Source: Heterodontus francisci (taxonomy: Eukaryota). Taken from it: DNA of 64,000 nucleotides. Below, in pieces: positions 24,121-36,700 of this stretch (within the stretch, counting starts at the first letter, position 1; the number at the start of each line of letters is the position of its first letter). The position numbers and the translations under genes are program-made. The notes under the pieces were generated by a model. That model was not told the DNA's origin, made no database searches, and saw nothing but the letters and a program-made list of their open reading frames with translations. The stretch covers positions 121,495,388 through 121,559,387 of the forward strand of contig NC_090376.1 of NCBI RefSeq assembly GCF_036365525.1. Reading direction: 5' to 3'.

Positions 24121-26573
24121 GCTAGAATGAAATAACATGTGTATGTGTATGGCAATTAATAATAACAACACACTCTTTAGGAATGATACTGATTGTTTAT
24201 TTTTAAAGTGTAACCTGTTTTAATACATTTCTCTTTGATGATTAAATGAGTTTCAATCTGCTCCAAACTTTTCCTACATTGCAACAGTGACTACACTTCA
24301 AAAATACTTATTGGCTGCAAAGTTCTTTTCCTTTCTTCTTTCCTTCCTCCTTCCCTTCTTTTGTTCCTTCCTCCCTTTTTCCCTTCTCCTTTCTTTACTC
24401 CAATAAAAAAGAAGGATTTGCATTTCTATAGAGCCTTTCACTTTTGAAGTGCAGTCACTGTTGTAATGGAGGAAACGCAACAGTCAGTTTGCATACAGCA
24501 AGCTCCCACAAACAGAAACGTGATAATGACCAGATAATCTGTTCTATGATGTTGACTGAGGGACGAATATTGACCAGGATACCAGGGATAACGCCCCTGC
24601 TCTTCAAAACAGTGCCACAGGATCTGTTACATCCACCTGAGAAGGCAGACAGGGTCTCAGTTTAACATCTCATTCGAAAGACAACACCTCTAACAGTGCA
24701 GCACTCCCTCAGTAGTGCACTGGAGTGTCAGCCTTGATTTTTGTGCTCAGATCTCTAGAGTGGGAGTGAACCCATAACCTTCTGAGTCAGAGGCAATAGT
24801 GCTACCAACTGAACCATGGGGATTAAAAAAATGGATATCCATAGTGCTGGCATGTGAAGGTTTTATCTCTTGTTCTCTTTCTCTAATGGCAAACTGTTCA
24901 CATTTTATCATGGCACAGGAAACCGGTATTTGGGACTTTGCTATCACTGAATGGAAAACCAAACTGTTCTTCAGCCCTTCTCAGCACAGTTCCAAGCTCA
25001 AGTTTCCATCTATCTGAAAACTGACATAATTGAACAGGTCAGAGGCTCCTTGCATCTTCAATTAAACATTCTGAGAAGCTCTTCAATAAGTCAGGCAGAA
25101 TGACAATACTACATTTAGGAAGCATTCACTATTATTCCATTATTCAACATTACAAATAGAGAATTTTAAAAAGAAGTGCTGCAATCTTTTCAGAAATGCC
25201 TGGAACAAATTCTCCAAAATCATTCACTGCAATGCCATCCAACACATCATTGATGATAACATGAAATAAGATAGATAACAGCAGGCAAGGTTTCCTCAAT
25301 TCTTCTTCAAGGGTAATCAGTAGACTCAATCACAGATGATATGGTCAGTGACATTCGTTTCTCTGCAGCCAACGTCATAAAGGAACCAAATCCAGAGACT
25401 GATACTCGCTCATCCATTAAGTCCAATCTTGTAAAGGAACCTGCAAAGATAAGGAGAATTATTAAGTGAAAGCAATGCTTGTAGCCTCTTGAGAACTATC
25501 AAGAGTCTCACTTCCTTGCCATTTCTCCAAACACTTCTAAATGTTCTTTATAATATTCATCCACTTCCCTTTTAAAAGCTCATATAGATTTTGCTTCCAA
25601 CACTATTTCTAATAGTGTGTTCCATGTCTTAACAATCTTCTACATTAAAAAAATCCTGATGTCTTGCTTTATTCTCTTGCTGTTGATCTTTAATTAACAC
25701 CTACTAGTTCTGAACTCATCCATGAGTAGAAATTTTTCAAATTTTTAATACCTCTATTGGATCTCCAAATAAAATGCTTCTTTAGTCTGTCCTTATAAAA
25801 AGTAAAAAGAAAGACTTGCATTTATATAGCGCTTTTTACGACCACTGGATGTCTCAAAGCACTTTGCAGCAAATTGAGTACTTTTGAAGAAAAGTCACTA
25901 TTGTAATGTAGGAAATGCAGCAGCAAGCTTCCACAAACAGCAATGTGATAATGACCAGATAATCTCTTTTTGTGAAGTTGCTTGAGGGATAAATATTGGA
26001 CAGGACACTGTGGAGAACTCCCCTGCTCTTTTTCCAACTAGTACCGTGGGATTTTTCGGTCTACCTGAGAGGATAGATGGGGCCCTTGGTTTAACATCTC
26101 ATCTGAAAGATGGCACCTCTGACAGTGCAGCACTCCCTCAGTACTGCACTGGAATGTCTGCCTTGCTCTTTGTGCTCAAGTCCTGGAGTGAACTTTGTGA
26201 TTCAGAGGTGAGAGTGCTATCAACTGAGCCACAGCTGACACAGCTCAACACTGGGTTCATCTCATTGAATCTCTTGTGCACTTTCTCTATGGTCCTAATA
26301 TTGTTCGTGAAGTAAGATGCCCAAAACTGCAGCTTAACCGATGATTTGCATAGATTGAGCTTTACCTCTTTACTTTTGTACTCGGTGCCCTTATTTATAA
26401 AAGCTAGAATCCCATTAGCTTTTCCATAGCTTGACAATTTGTTCTCCAACCTTGAACTGAACCCCTAAGTTTTTCTAAAAGCAAAATACTGCGGATGCTG
26501 GAAATCTGAAATAAAAACAAGAAATGCTGGAAATACTCAGCAGGTCTGGCAGCATCTGTGGAGAGAGAAGCAG

Positions 26574-26610
26574 AGGTAACGTTTCAGGTCAGTGACCCTT
26601 CATCAGAACT
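26574..26610 (-). ncRNA. Minimal type I hammerhead ribozyme motif in the Penelope terminal region
   Basis: Minus strand AGUU-CUGAUGA-A-GGGUC-ACU-GACCU-GAAAC-GUU-ACCU: intact catalytic core, 5-bp helix II, palindromic loopless helix III (ACGU), one mismatch in helix I. Confidence 0.75.
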
Positions 26611-27141
26611 GGCAAATATTAGAAATGTGAAAGGTTATAAGCAAGTAAAGCGGGGTTGGAGCAAGAGATAACAAAGGAGAAGGTGTAGATAGGTCAAGGT
26701 CACATAATAGCTGACCAGAAGGTCATGGAGCAAAGGCAAACAATATGTTAATGGTGTGTTGAAAGACAAAGTGTTAGTACAGATAGGGTGTTAACGGACT
26801 GAAAATTGAACAGCCGCAAGTACAAACATGAAAAAAAACAGTGGGTAAGCAAACTGAACAAACTAAGATGAAATAAGATAAAATAAACTCAATGTTCAGT
26901 CTGGCAGGCAGTAGTGTGCCTAATCGGTAAATGAGATGCTGTTCCTCGAGCTTGCATTGATGTTCACTGGAACACTGCAGCAATCCCAGGACAGAGATGT
27001 GAGCATGAGAGCAGGAGGGAGTGTTGAAATGGCAAGCAACCGGAAGCTCAGGGTCATGCTTTCGGGCTGAGCGGAGGTGTTCTGCAAAGCGGTCACCCAG
27101 TCTGCGTTTGGTCTCCCCAATATAGAGGAGACCACATTGTG

Positions 27142-27893
27142 CATGGGTAAGGCTTCCACTGCTATGTTCAGACTGGCCAAGAGAGTGTGGGAAAATGGCG
27201 CACTGACACGGAACACAAAAGTCCGAGTGTATCAGGCCTGTGTCCTCAGTACCTTGCTCTACGGCAGCGAGGCCTGGACAACGTATGCCAGCCAAGAGCG
27301 ACGTCTCAATTCATTCCATCTTCGCTGCCTTCGGAGAATACTTGGCATCAGGTGGCAGGACTATATCTCCAACACAGAAGTCCTTGAAGCGGCCAACATC
27401 CCCAGCTTATACACACTACTGAGTCAGCGGCGCTTGAGATGGCTTGGCCATGTGAGCCGCATGGAAGATGGCAGGATCCCCAAAGACACATTGTACAGCG
27501 AGCTCGCCACTGGTATCAGACCCACCGGCCGTCCATGTCTCCGTTATAAAGACGTCTGCAAACGCGACATGAAATCATGTGACATTGATCACAAGTCGTG
27601 GGAGTCAGTTGCCAGCATTCGCCAGAGCTGGCGGGCAGCCATAAAGACAGGGCTAAATTGTGGCGAGTCGAAGAGACTTAGTAGTTGGCAGGAAAAAAGA
27701 CAGAGGCGCAAGGGGAGAGCCAACTGTGCAACAGCCCCAACAAACAAATTTCTCTGCAGCACCTGTGGAAGAGCCTGTCACTCCAGAATTGGCCTTTATA
27801 GCCACTCCAGGCGCTGCTTCACAAACCACTGACCACCTCCAGGCGCGTATCCATTGTCTCTCGAGATAAGGAGGCCCAAAGAAAGAAAAAAGA
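27142..27893 (+). mobile_element. 5'-truncated RTE LINE of the same family, nested in the Penelope element
   Basis: ORF nearly identical to 20754-21719; A/G-rich tail; 8-bp TSD ACATTGTG at 27134-27141 and 27894-27901. Confidence 0.92.
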
Positions 27894-28914
27894 ACATTGT
27901 GAGCAGCGAATACAGTATACTACATTGAAAGAAGTACAGGTAAATCGCTGCTTCACCTGAAAGGAGTGTTTGGGGCCTGGTATAGTGAGGAGAGAGGAGG
28001 TAAATGGGCAGGTATTACACCTCCTGCGATTGCAGGGGAAGGTGCCGTGTGAAGGGGACGAGGTGGTGGGGGTAATGGAGGAGTGGACCAGGGTATCGCG
28101 GAGGGAATGATCCCTTTGGAATGTTGACAGGGGAAGGGAGGGGAAGATGCGTTTGGCAGTGGAGTTTTCCCTAAGTTTTTCTGTTCATCTACTCGATTAA
28201 TCTTTTACCATTATTGTCTATATCTTGTTTTTAGTCTTACTCTCTAAATGAATCAGCTCAAGCTTCATCTGACATCTAACTGCCCAATCTCTTAACCTGT
28301 TTAAGTTCTCCTTCAGTTATTTACAGTCTTCTTCACAGTTATTATGCTCCCTGTTTTCAAGTCACCTGCCATGTCTAGTTCACTTATATAGATTGTGAAG
28401 AACAGTGGTCCTATCACTGTCCTAAACAATGTTTACATTCTTCCTTTCCAAAAACAAACATCCTATTAACGAAGAATCTCTGCTTTCTGATCTTTAGCCA
28501 TCCATGCTGACACACACCCTTTAATACCATGTGCCTTAAATTTGTCAGCAAGCATCCCATATGCACCTTTTAAGACATCATTACAAAATCCACAAAAACA
28601 ACGCCCACTCATTTCCTTTATCAGTACACTCCATTATTTCCTCAAATAACTCTATTAAATTTTCCAGACATGACTTACCTTTTACAAACTCCCACTGACT
28701 GTCCTAATTAACCCATGACTTTCTAGGTGAATATCAACATTTAAACAAGAACAGCAGGTTGTGTTCATCTTCAGGAACACTTTCCAAGAATTGCAATCAT
28801 AGACTGATTCCATATCTTATTTTTGCAGTTTTATCAACTTGTCCTCCCCCTCTTAAAGACTTATGTATCTGAGCATCTTTACTGCTGAGAGGCAGATGTC
28901 TGATACCTTTTTCA

Positions 28915-29170
28915 AACAGCTATTATTTATGTGTGAGCCTTACGGTGAATCTCAGCAGGCTAGTTGACCACAACAAGCGTCACAGCCAAACCAATCTTGT
29001 CCTCATCTGATGTCTTTTTGCACTACCAGAAGGGGCACTAGGCAGCAATCAAGAGCAGGAGCATGATATTGCACTTGTTCTACCAGCCCAGGGACAATGG
29101 AGCCAAATGTAACAGAGCTAATTGGCACTCCAGCTGAGGACAGCAAAGACCACAGACGTTCAAATCATGT
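28915..29170 (-). mobile_element. Old third SINE family (AmnSINE2-like); related remnants at about 12090-12360, 15490-15910 and 22190-22475
   Basis: Recurrent degraded motif (GGCTATTCGAC..CATCACAGCC..CCCAGGG.CACTGA.GCCAATTGTA..CAGCTAAC). Family identity is from memory and uncertain. Confidence 0.4.
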
Positions 29171-29249
29171 GGCACCTTTTAAAACAAATTGAATCTTCAA
29201 TCTGTATAATATTTCGGAATATTTTTTCATATGATCAGTTATTAGAAAT

Positions 29250-30760
29250 AGAATCATAGAATTATAGAAACTAACAGCACAGAAGGATGCCATTTGGCTT
29301 GTCGAGCCTGTGCTGTCTCCTTGAAAGAGGAATTGTGCATCTCCCACATTCTCACTTTTTGTCCTTAACCTTGTACGTTCCTCATCTTCAAGTACCTAGC
29401 AACATCTTTTTTAAATTATTTATGGAATCAGCTTCCACCACCTTTTCAAATTGAGCATTCCAGATCCGAACTATTCTCTGAGTAAAAAAATTCTCATCAT
29501 CCTCTCTTTAGATCTTTTGCCAATGATTTTGAATCCATGACCTTTTGTTATTGACCCACTCTCCAGAGGGAATAGCTTTTCTCCATATACTCTGTTAAAA
29601 CTTCTTATCAACTTGAAAATCTCTGTTTGGTCACCTCTTAACCTTCTCTGTTCCAAGGAGAACAGTCCTAACTTTTCCAACTTCTCCTCATAACTGATGT
29701 CCCTCATCCCTGGAAACTTGGTAAACCTCCTGTGTACCTTTTCTAATGTCGTTACATCTTTCTTTAAGTGTGGTGTCCAGAATTGTCCACAATACTCCAG
29801 CTGAGGCCTAACCAATGACTCATGAAGTTCTAGCATAATCTATTTGCTTTTTTATTCTATTCTTCTATTTCTAAACCAAGTAATCCATATGCTTTTTTAA
29901 TCTCCTTACCAAATTGCCCTGCCATCTTTAAGGATTTGTGCAAATGGACATCAAGTTCTATCTTCTCTTTAACACTTTTCAAAATTGTGCCTTTTTTTAG
30001 TATACTGCCTTTCCAATTTTAAGCCTCCCAAAGTGATCACTTCACACTTCGCTGTATTGAAGCAGCGCCATGCTTCTACCCATGTCACCATTCTGTCCAA
30101 GTCATCCGGAGGCCTCTGACTATCCTCATCACTATCTAATACTTTTTCAAGTTTTGTATCATCTGCCAGCTTTATAATGTTGCTCCCTAAATCTGAGTCT
30201 AAGTCATTAATAAAAACTGCAAAGAGAAATGGACACAAAACTAAACCTTTGGGAACACCAATGCAAACCACCCCCTAATCTGAAAAGCATCCTTCCACCA
30301 CCATCAGCCTCTGCTATCTGTCAATGAACCAATTTTGTATCCAAACCACCCATAATATTCCGCTCAATACCATGGGCTTCCATCTTCTTAATAAGCCTTC
30401 TGGTAGCCTCCACTTCGTCGATAGTCTTCTGAAAGTCGATATATATAATATATATATAAAAATCTACTGCGCTGTCTTGATCAGCTTTCTCTGTTATCTC
30501 ATCAATTAATTCAATCAAGTTAGTCAGACACGATTTACCTTTAACAAATCCATGCTGGCTCTCCTTAATTAACCCATGCCTTTACAAATGAAAGTTAATT
30601 CTGTCCCTGATGATGGTTTCCAGTAACTTCCTCACCACCGATGTTAGACTGACTGGCCTGTAGTTTCCTGGTTTATCCCTCTCCCCATTTTTGAATAGTG
30701 GTGTAACATTACCAACCCTCCAGTCCTCTGGCACTACTTCTGCATCCAATGAGAATTGTA
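29250..30760 (-). mobile_element. Degraded CR1-clade LINE ORF2 (RT region to 3' end)
   Basis: ORF fragments VPEDWRVGNVTPLFKNG..PGNYRPVSLTS, GVPKGLVL, KLADDTKL, LVRPQLEYCGQFW, with frameshifts. Confidence 0.9.
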
Positions 30761-33700
30761 AGTTATTGTGATTATAATATATATTTTGTTTGCAAGTTGT
30801 CAAGAGTAGGATGTAATATAATGTAAACTTTACACAGAAACCATAACTCCTTTAGTTTCACACTTGTGGTTTATGATGTCACATGAAATCCCAGAGTAAA
30901 CGTGCTTTTGTTATTCTTACCACTAAAGGTCTTGCATGCAGGGTGTGTCTGTATGAAAGTGTATATCACACATCAAAGTGTCACATAGAAACTGTCTGTC
31001 ATTCATTAATTATCATACTTACAAGATGTCCTAGTGAAAAAAAATCCTGATTGGTTCAACTGTAATGCTTATATCAAAAAGACAATCACATAGAATTACC
31101 TAGATAGATTGTACAGCACAGTAAACACCATTCAGCCTAACTAGTGCATGCTTGTGCTTATGCTCCACATCAGCCTCCCCCCATCCATCTTCATCTCACT
31201 CCCTATCAGCAGATCCTTGTACTCCTTCCTCCCTCATGTATTTATCTAACTTCTCCGTAAATGCATCCATGCTTAAGGTTATTCACCTTAACTACTCCTT
31301 ATTGTAGCAAGTTCCACATTCATTCTTAACTGAGCAAATCATTCTTAACTGAACTCCACCAATTATCTCAAATGTTACTGAACAAGTAGTAAAACTATCA
31401 CTGAACAAACTTCAAACATTAAGAAACTGCCAATTTCTTTTTGTAGTCGTGTTGGCTTTTGAGCCATTGATGATGTACACCAAAAAATAGATTTATGACA
31501 AGGTAAACACATAGAAAATGAAATAATTCTGAAAGACAGAGTATTCCACATGTAGCATTCCCTCAATACTGCACTGGGCTATCGCCCTAGGGGAAAAGAT
31601 AGTGTAAACATGAAAAAAAAGTGTGAAACAGCAAGCCAAACTTGTTTTTATTTTTCTTTAATTCCCTTCAATTCTGTTTCCTTTCTCTCCTCGTGTTGAT
31701 TTATGGCTCCCCGGGCACCAGCCGATGTCTTGTCCGGATAGCTTTCCTTCATGTTTGAATCTGAATATTCAGTGTCGGCCCAGGTGAAAGACTATTGTAT
31801 TTTACATGACACTAGAAAGAGAGATCGACATTAAAATGTAGAATTGTGACAGATCATTATGTTACCAAGTATTAAATATCACATCAATTAACATTGTAAA
31901 ATGGTATCGGATGGCAACTGACGTATTAAATCCTATTGTTTCCGTATTAACAAAACGTTATTACACTGCAAACCACAGATACATTGGTTTGTTGAAAGGT
32001 TCATTGCTTCGAAGGCTACGTTTTCTTGCTGCTTTATAAACCTAATCTTAATCTCTGATCATTTTCTAAAGTTAAAAAACCGTAAAAGTGTTATGAAAAT
32101 GAATGGATGGGTCAGTGTCGAATTGGAATATTTGCTTTCTGTTACTGAGGGTTATTATGGGATATATCTTATTGGGTCTCACTATTTATTGGAAAAAGGT
32201 CGGGAGGCGTTAGCACTGCAGCTTTAATTCAAACAATATGTTACAGTAAAAACAGATTGTATTTTGTAATTGATATATAGAAGAAAAAATATTGATACGT
32301 AAATATATCATTTTCTTATATCAGCATGTTTCTCCATGAGAATCCGGATGTAACACTTCTTTGAACCTGTTATGTTTCTAAGTTACTTAGTTATTTTTAG
32401 CAATGAAATGTCATGTGTTTTGACCAAGCAAAGAGGAAAAAGAGGTTAGAACGATATAAACCTCGTATAAAGTTCGACACAAAGACGGTACTTCTTCAAT
32501 GAATAGAGGAAGCGTTTCTTCTCCAGTCTGTCTTTGGACCGGAGTTTTTCCAACAGCAATAATATGATACAGTTGGAATAAGCGCTCAGCTAAAGAATGC
32601 CAGGGACATTGCTCGAACTACCAGCTAGACATGCAGCTGCTGAGCTAATGTCAAGAGTGCGGCAGAGCTCCATCATATCGAATCGCCACTATAAGTGGAG
32701 GGATCGGCCATTCACATCCCTGTGGTCGATCTGATTTTAAAAAATAGCTCCAAAAAACAAAGAATGGAAAGTGTAACTTATTATACAAATGATTGAAATC
32801 ACGACTTCCATTTCACAAGGTAACTTCGGCTGAATTTCTAAAACGACCTAAACTTTCTTATTAATGTCATTTTAAAAATCGTGTATTTATTTATCTAAAA
32901 GATATATATATGATTGTACTGAAGCTGCTGAACTATATTTTTCACTCAACTTCTATAAAGGCTGATAACCAAACTATTCACCGGATTAAAATAGGTTAAA
33001 ATAGGAAAGCAATCTTTTTTTTCCTCTAGAAAGCGACTCCAGTATATCACTTCCTAATCGGAGACTTTATTCCTGCTGTCACAACTAGGAACAGCGATAA
33101 TATTCGTGCAAATAACTTATTGAACTTGTCGAAATATCCCTTTTTTAAAAAATAAAACACTGATCATCAAAACCCTGGCCAAAGAAAAAAACAGTTGGGA
33201 CTTAGTCTGACTCGGTAAAACAATGAGAAAATGAGTGATCCGAGCACAATCACAGGGTAAAGACAGTGAGCGGACAGTGACTGTACTTTGCCGTTCCCGG
33301 ACTGGATCAAACTCTCCCGCCCCGTTAGAATTCAAATCGAATAGAAATGAAATCGTTCTCCAAATTCTCACACGAAAATAGCAGCCATCCTTTAGCCATA
33401 CAAAGCAAGAATATGTCAATGAATGATTTAATATGTGTGTATTTTAAAAAGGACAAAATCTTCACGTTGACAGTTACTTGGCGATTAGAATAACCTTTGC
33501 CTAACATCATTTCAGAAAATTCGTTTGATCCTTAAAATGAATGTACATATCAAAATAAATATATCACATTGAAATTGGAACTCCAGTGCGGGTTACAATA
33601 ATAATTCTCCACAAAGTTGTGGTACATGCCGGTTCTCCATTATTTAGTGAAGCACTCAAAACTATATCAATAGTCAGAATCCGTTCCGTACTGTACATTA

Positions 33701-36700
33701 GGCTTATAATGTTAAAATCTCCAGATGAAGAAACTATTTTTATCGACCATTACCTGTAAAGGTAAGAATCCAGGTTGCTTTTAGTGCTTGATTTGATTTC
33801 ATACCATTGCAGACACCAACTGATTGTCCAGAAATAACAATATGCTTTCTAGTGTGCGGTAGCAATTCGGGTTTGATACCAACTCTCTGATTAGACTGTG
33901 AGAGCCTTCAGCTGGAAACCAGGTAGCGATCCTGATAATTCAGCCTAACACGTTATTATTATATACTAGTGAACCACGATGGATAGTCCTGTATTTTAAG
34001 GTCAAATTAATTCGGAAGTATAAGGGATGTGGAAAAAGCAGAGAAAACGCTCCATTTTCAAGCTTCGCAACTACAACAGACCCAACTGATTACTAATTTG
34101 TAACCTGTGCTAATTATATGACAATTGAAGAACCATACCTACGTGTAATTAAAGTATAAGTTAGTACAAAATATGTTACCAATTACAAAATATTCTGTCG
34201 CTCTGTGTTTATTTTTTGAGGTTATATAATATACATTCTTAGAAATATGTTAAACATCGCGTGTTCATTGTCAACAAACTGTTGTGAAAGTGCATTCAGC
34301 AATGAAAGGGTTAATCTGGAGACAGCATGCGGGGGATGTGACACTTTCTAAAAATGTCCAAATCTGTGAACAAATTTGCACAATTTCAAAACACCATATT
34401 ATATAGAAACATCTAAAAAAAACATACATGTACATGTATAGTGTGCAGAACTGATGTGTAAATGTAAATTTACCTTTTGCACAAATTGCTATTTGCATAA
34501 TAACATTTTCACCGATACCTGTGCACATGGAACAACACAATACCAAGTTCTATGGATGGTATTGGAATTCCCAGAATTGCGTCAAGTGTGTAGTCGTGTA
34601 CCGTGCACCTGACGTTTTTGAGTCGTGTGTCAAGTGTTGCAGAATCTAGTTACAAATGTGAAGTTTGAAATATGTAGTCTACAACTGGTGTTTCTAGGAA
34701 AATACAAATAACAAAAAAGAAATCCGAAGCACCCACTGCAAGGGATTGTTTAATCGATAGTACTTTTGAATAAAGTAGAGCTCTACTAACATTCAAATTC
34801 GGCAGAATCGGTATTCACCTCTAAGGATATAGCTTTTGTATTCACTTTCTATCATGGATCAATATCATAACAGCGTGTGTCAGGAATGAGCAGATATCTG
34901 GACACGGTATGGGGCTGCCCTCTGACCCTTACTGTAAGTTGTTAAATCATCATCATCACCAAATTCACCATCAACGTTGTTACCCTGTACAGGTTCATCT
35001 TCATAATTATCTTTACACATCTTTATTGTTCTCTGTAGCTGGGCTGACAGCGGGAGTGGTGGGGATTTTTCCCCTTAAAAAAAAACCTGAGTGATTTTCT
35101 TAAGTCACGTCATCAACACAGAGTAATATTTTTCCCAGACGAACCACTGTCACATTTTAATTAACGAGTGGCGATTGTATAATAGAGCAGTCAAAGAGAT
35201 TAATTTATCTTCCAAGGAAAATAATTTGTACGCTAACGAACACAAGCTTGTGATCATTTTAATTGGTGAAACTTAAGTAACCAAATTACTCCCACTCACC
35301 CACTTTGATCGACATAAATGCATGTTAAGCCATTAATATAAAACAGAATAAACCATTGCTAATCCCCTAATAAATGCACTGATTCGTTTATTATTAATTT
35401 AACTCATAACGTAATTATGCGCAGAACTGGAAAATATGAATAAAAGATATAATTGAAATATATTCCTCAAACATTACACGAACACTAGACGGTAGTTCGA
35501 GTTTTAAAAATTGTAGTTAATGTCATAACTTTCGGGCTACCTTACCAATGAAACATGTTATCGATTAGTATGTGTCCAACCTTCAAACCACTATTGAATT
35601 TGGTTGTGGCTGGTTTTAGCATGAGTGAATTGCGTTTTCATATTTATGAACACAAGTATAATGCCTGTATTCATCTAGTTTTACGAAAACAATAGAAATG
35701 CAATTCATACACGGAATATTGTTGAGGTCTTACCGTGCCTGCTTTGTACAGGTGATGCAATTTATTGTAATTGATGCACGGAGATTCCAATTTACTGACA
35801 GTCTTTTCTCCCTGCTTTGACCTTTCATGAAACACATTTACAGCTTTATAATGCAAAATTATGTTTTCACGGTGAACACAGCCTTTCTCCTTTTAGATTT
35901 TATACCCTTTAACGAACATAAAGAGGACGCACTGGACAACAAAACTTCATCCATGGGCAGCAAATTGCGTTGATTGTTGGTTCAAAAATATTACAATGTG
36001 TAAAAGTACTTTTCCATAATGTGCATTTGCAGAATTTGTTTTGAATTTACTTCTTTGGAATGGTATTTCTTGTCTCTAATTTATGGTACGATGCAATATA
36101 TTCAACCACAAGATATAAACACATGCATTCCAACCCACAACATCAATTGTGGTCCTTACTGTAACGTTATCGTTGTATTGTTAATCATTAATAGCAGGGT
36201 CAATTGAATTATCTCTTAAAATTGTCTTATAACTTTGAAACGTACCATAAAATCTGCCGATTTGAGGGCTACAATTGAATGTTTATTGGGGCAGCTTTAT
36301 AATTTATGAGCTGCCATTTCGAGTGACAGGGACTCGCCATATCCCCCTGTAATTATCAATACAGCAGTCACCGTGCCCTCAGGTCGGTCTCTATCCGTAA
36401 TTTATAGAGCATTTAGCCGTCTCTTTATGAGATTATATCATAACGTGGTTTCAGTGTTATCACCACTCCATTGATTTTGGAGTGTTATGACTGCACGTTG
36501 CAGCTACAAAACGCTATTGCATTGGACTCTTTGATAATCGGACCTCAAGGTCTATTTACTTCCGAAATCTTACGGATTAACATATATAATATATATAAAA
36601 ATAAAAGTAACTCAATTGATAGACCTACACCATTGTAATAGATATGATGGAATTCATAACGATTTTCATGCTGGCGTTGTTTTGAGATAGGGAGCTGGAA

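Larger units (their letters stand above)
23278..26240 (-). mobile_element. Three Deu-like SINE copies flanking the PCCA promoter (23278-23697, 24412-24817, 25806-26240)
   Basis: Each matches 303-752 along most of its length. Confidence 0.8.
26477..28168 (-). mobile_element. 5'-truncated Penelope-like element (GIY-YIG endonuclease and 3' terminal region), interrupted by an RTE
   Basis: Removing the RTE restores FTCTSFNVVYCIRCSQCGLLYIGETKRRLGDRFAEH...GTLLPARLNIEF (GIY-YIG). 14-bp TSD CCCTAAGTTTTTCT at 26463-26476 and 28169-28182. Confidence 0.9.
26245..28740 (-). mobile_element. Older CR1-type LINE fragment split by the Penelope insertion (26245-26476 and 28183-28740)
   Basis: GKANGILAFINKGTEYKSKEV..LNL on the left; RT-like remnants including the HGLIRDSQ.GFVKGKSCL region on the right. 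Confidence 0.7.

Noticed and set aside
31320-31353. Short tandem duplication CATTCTTAACTGA
   Set aside because: Ordinary local slippage at the edge of a LINE remnant.
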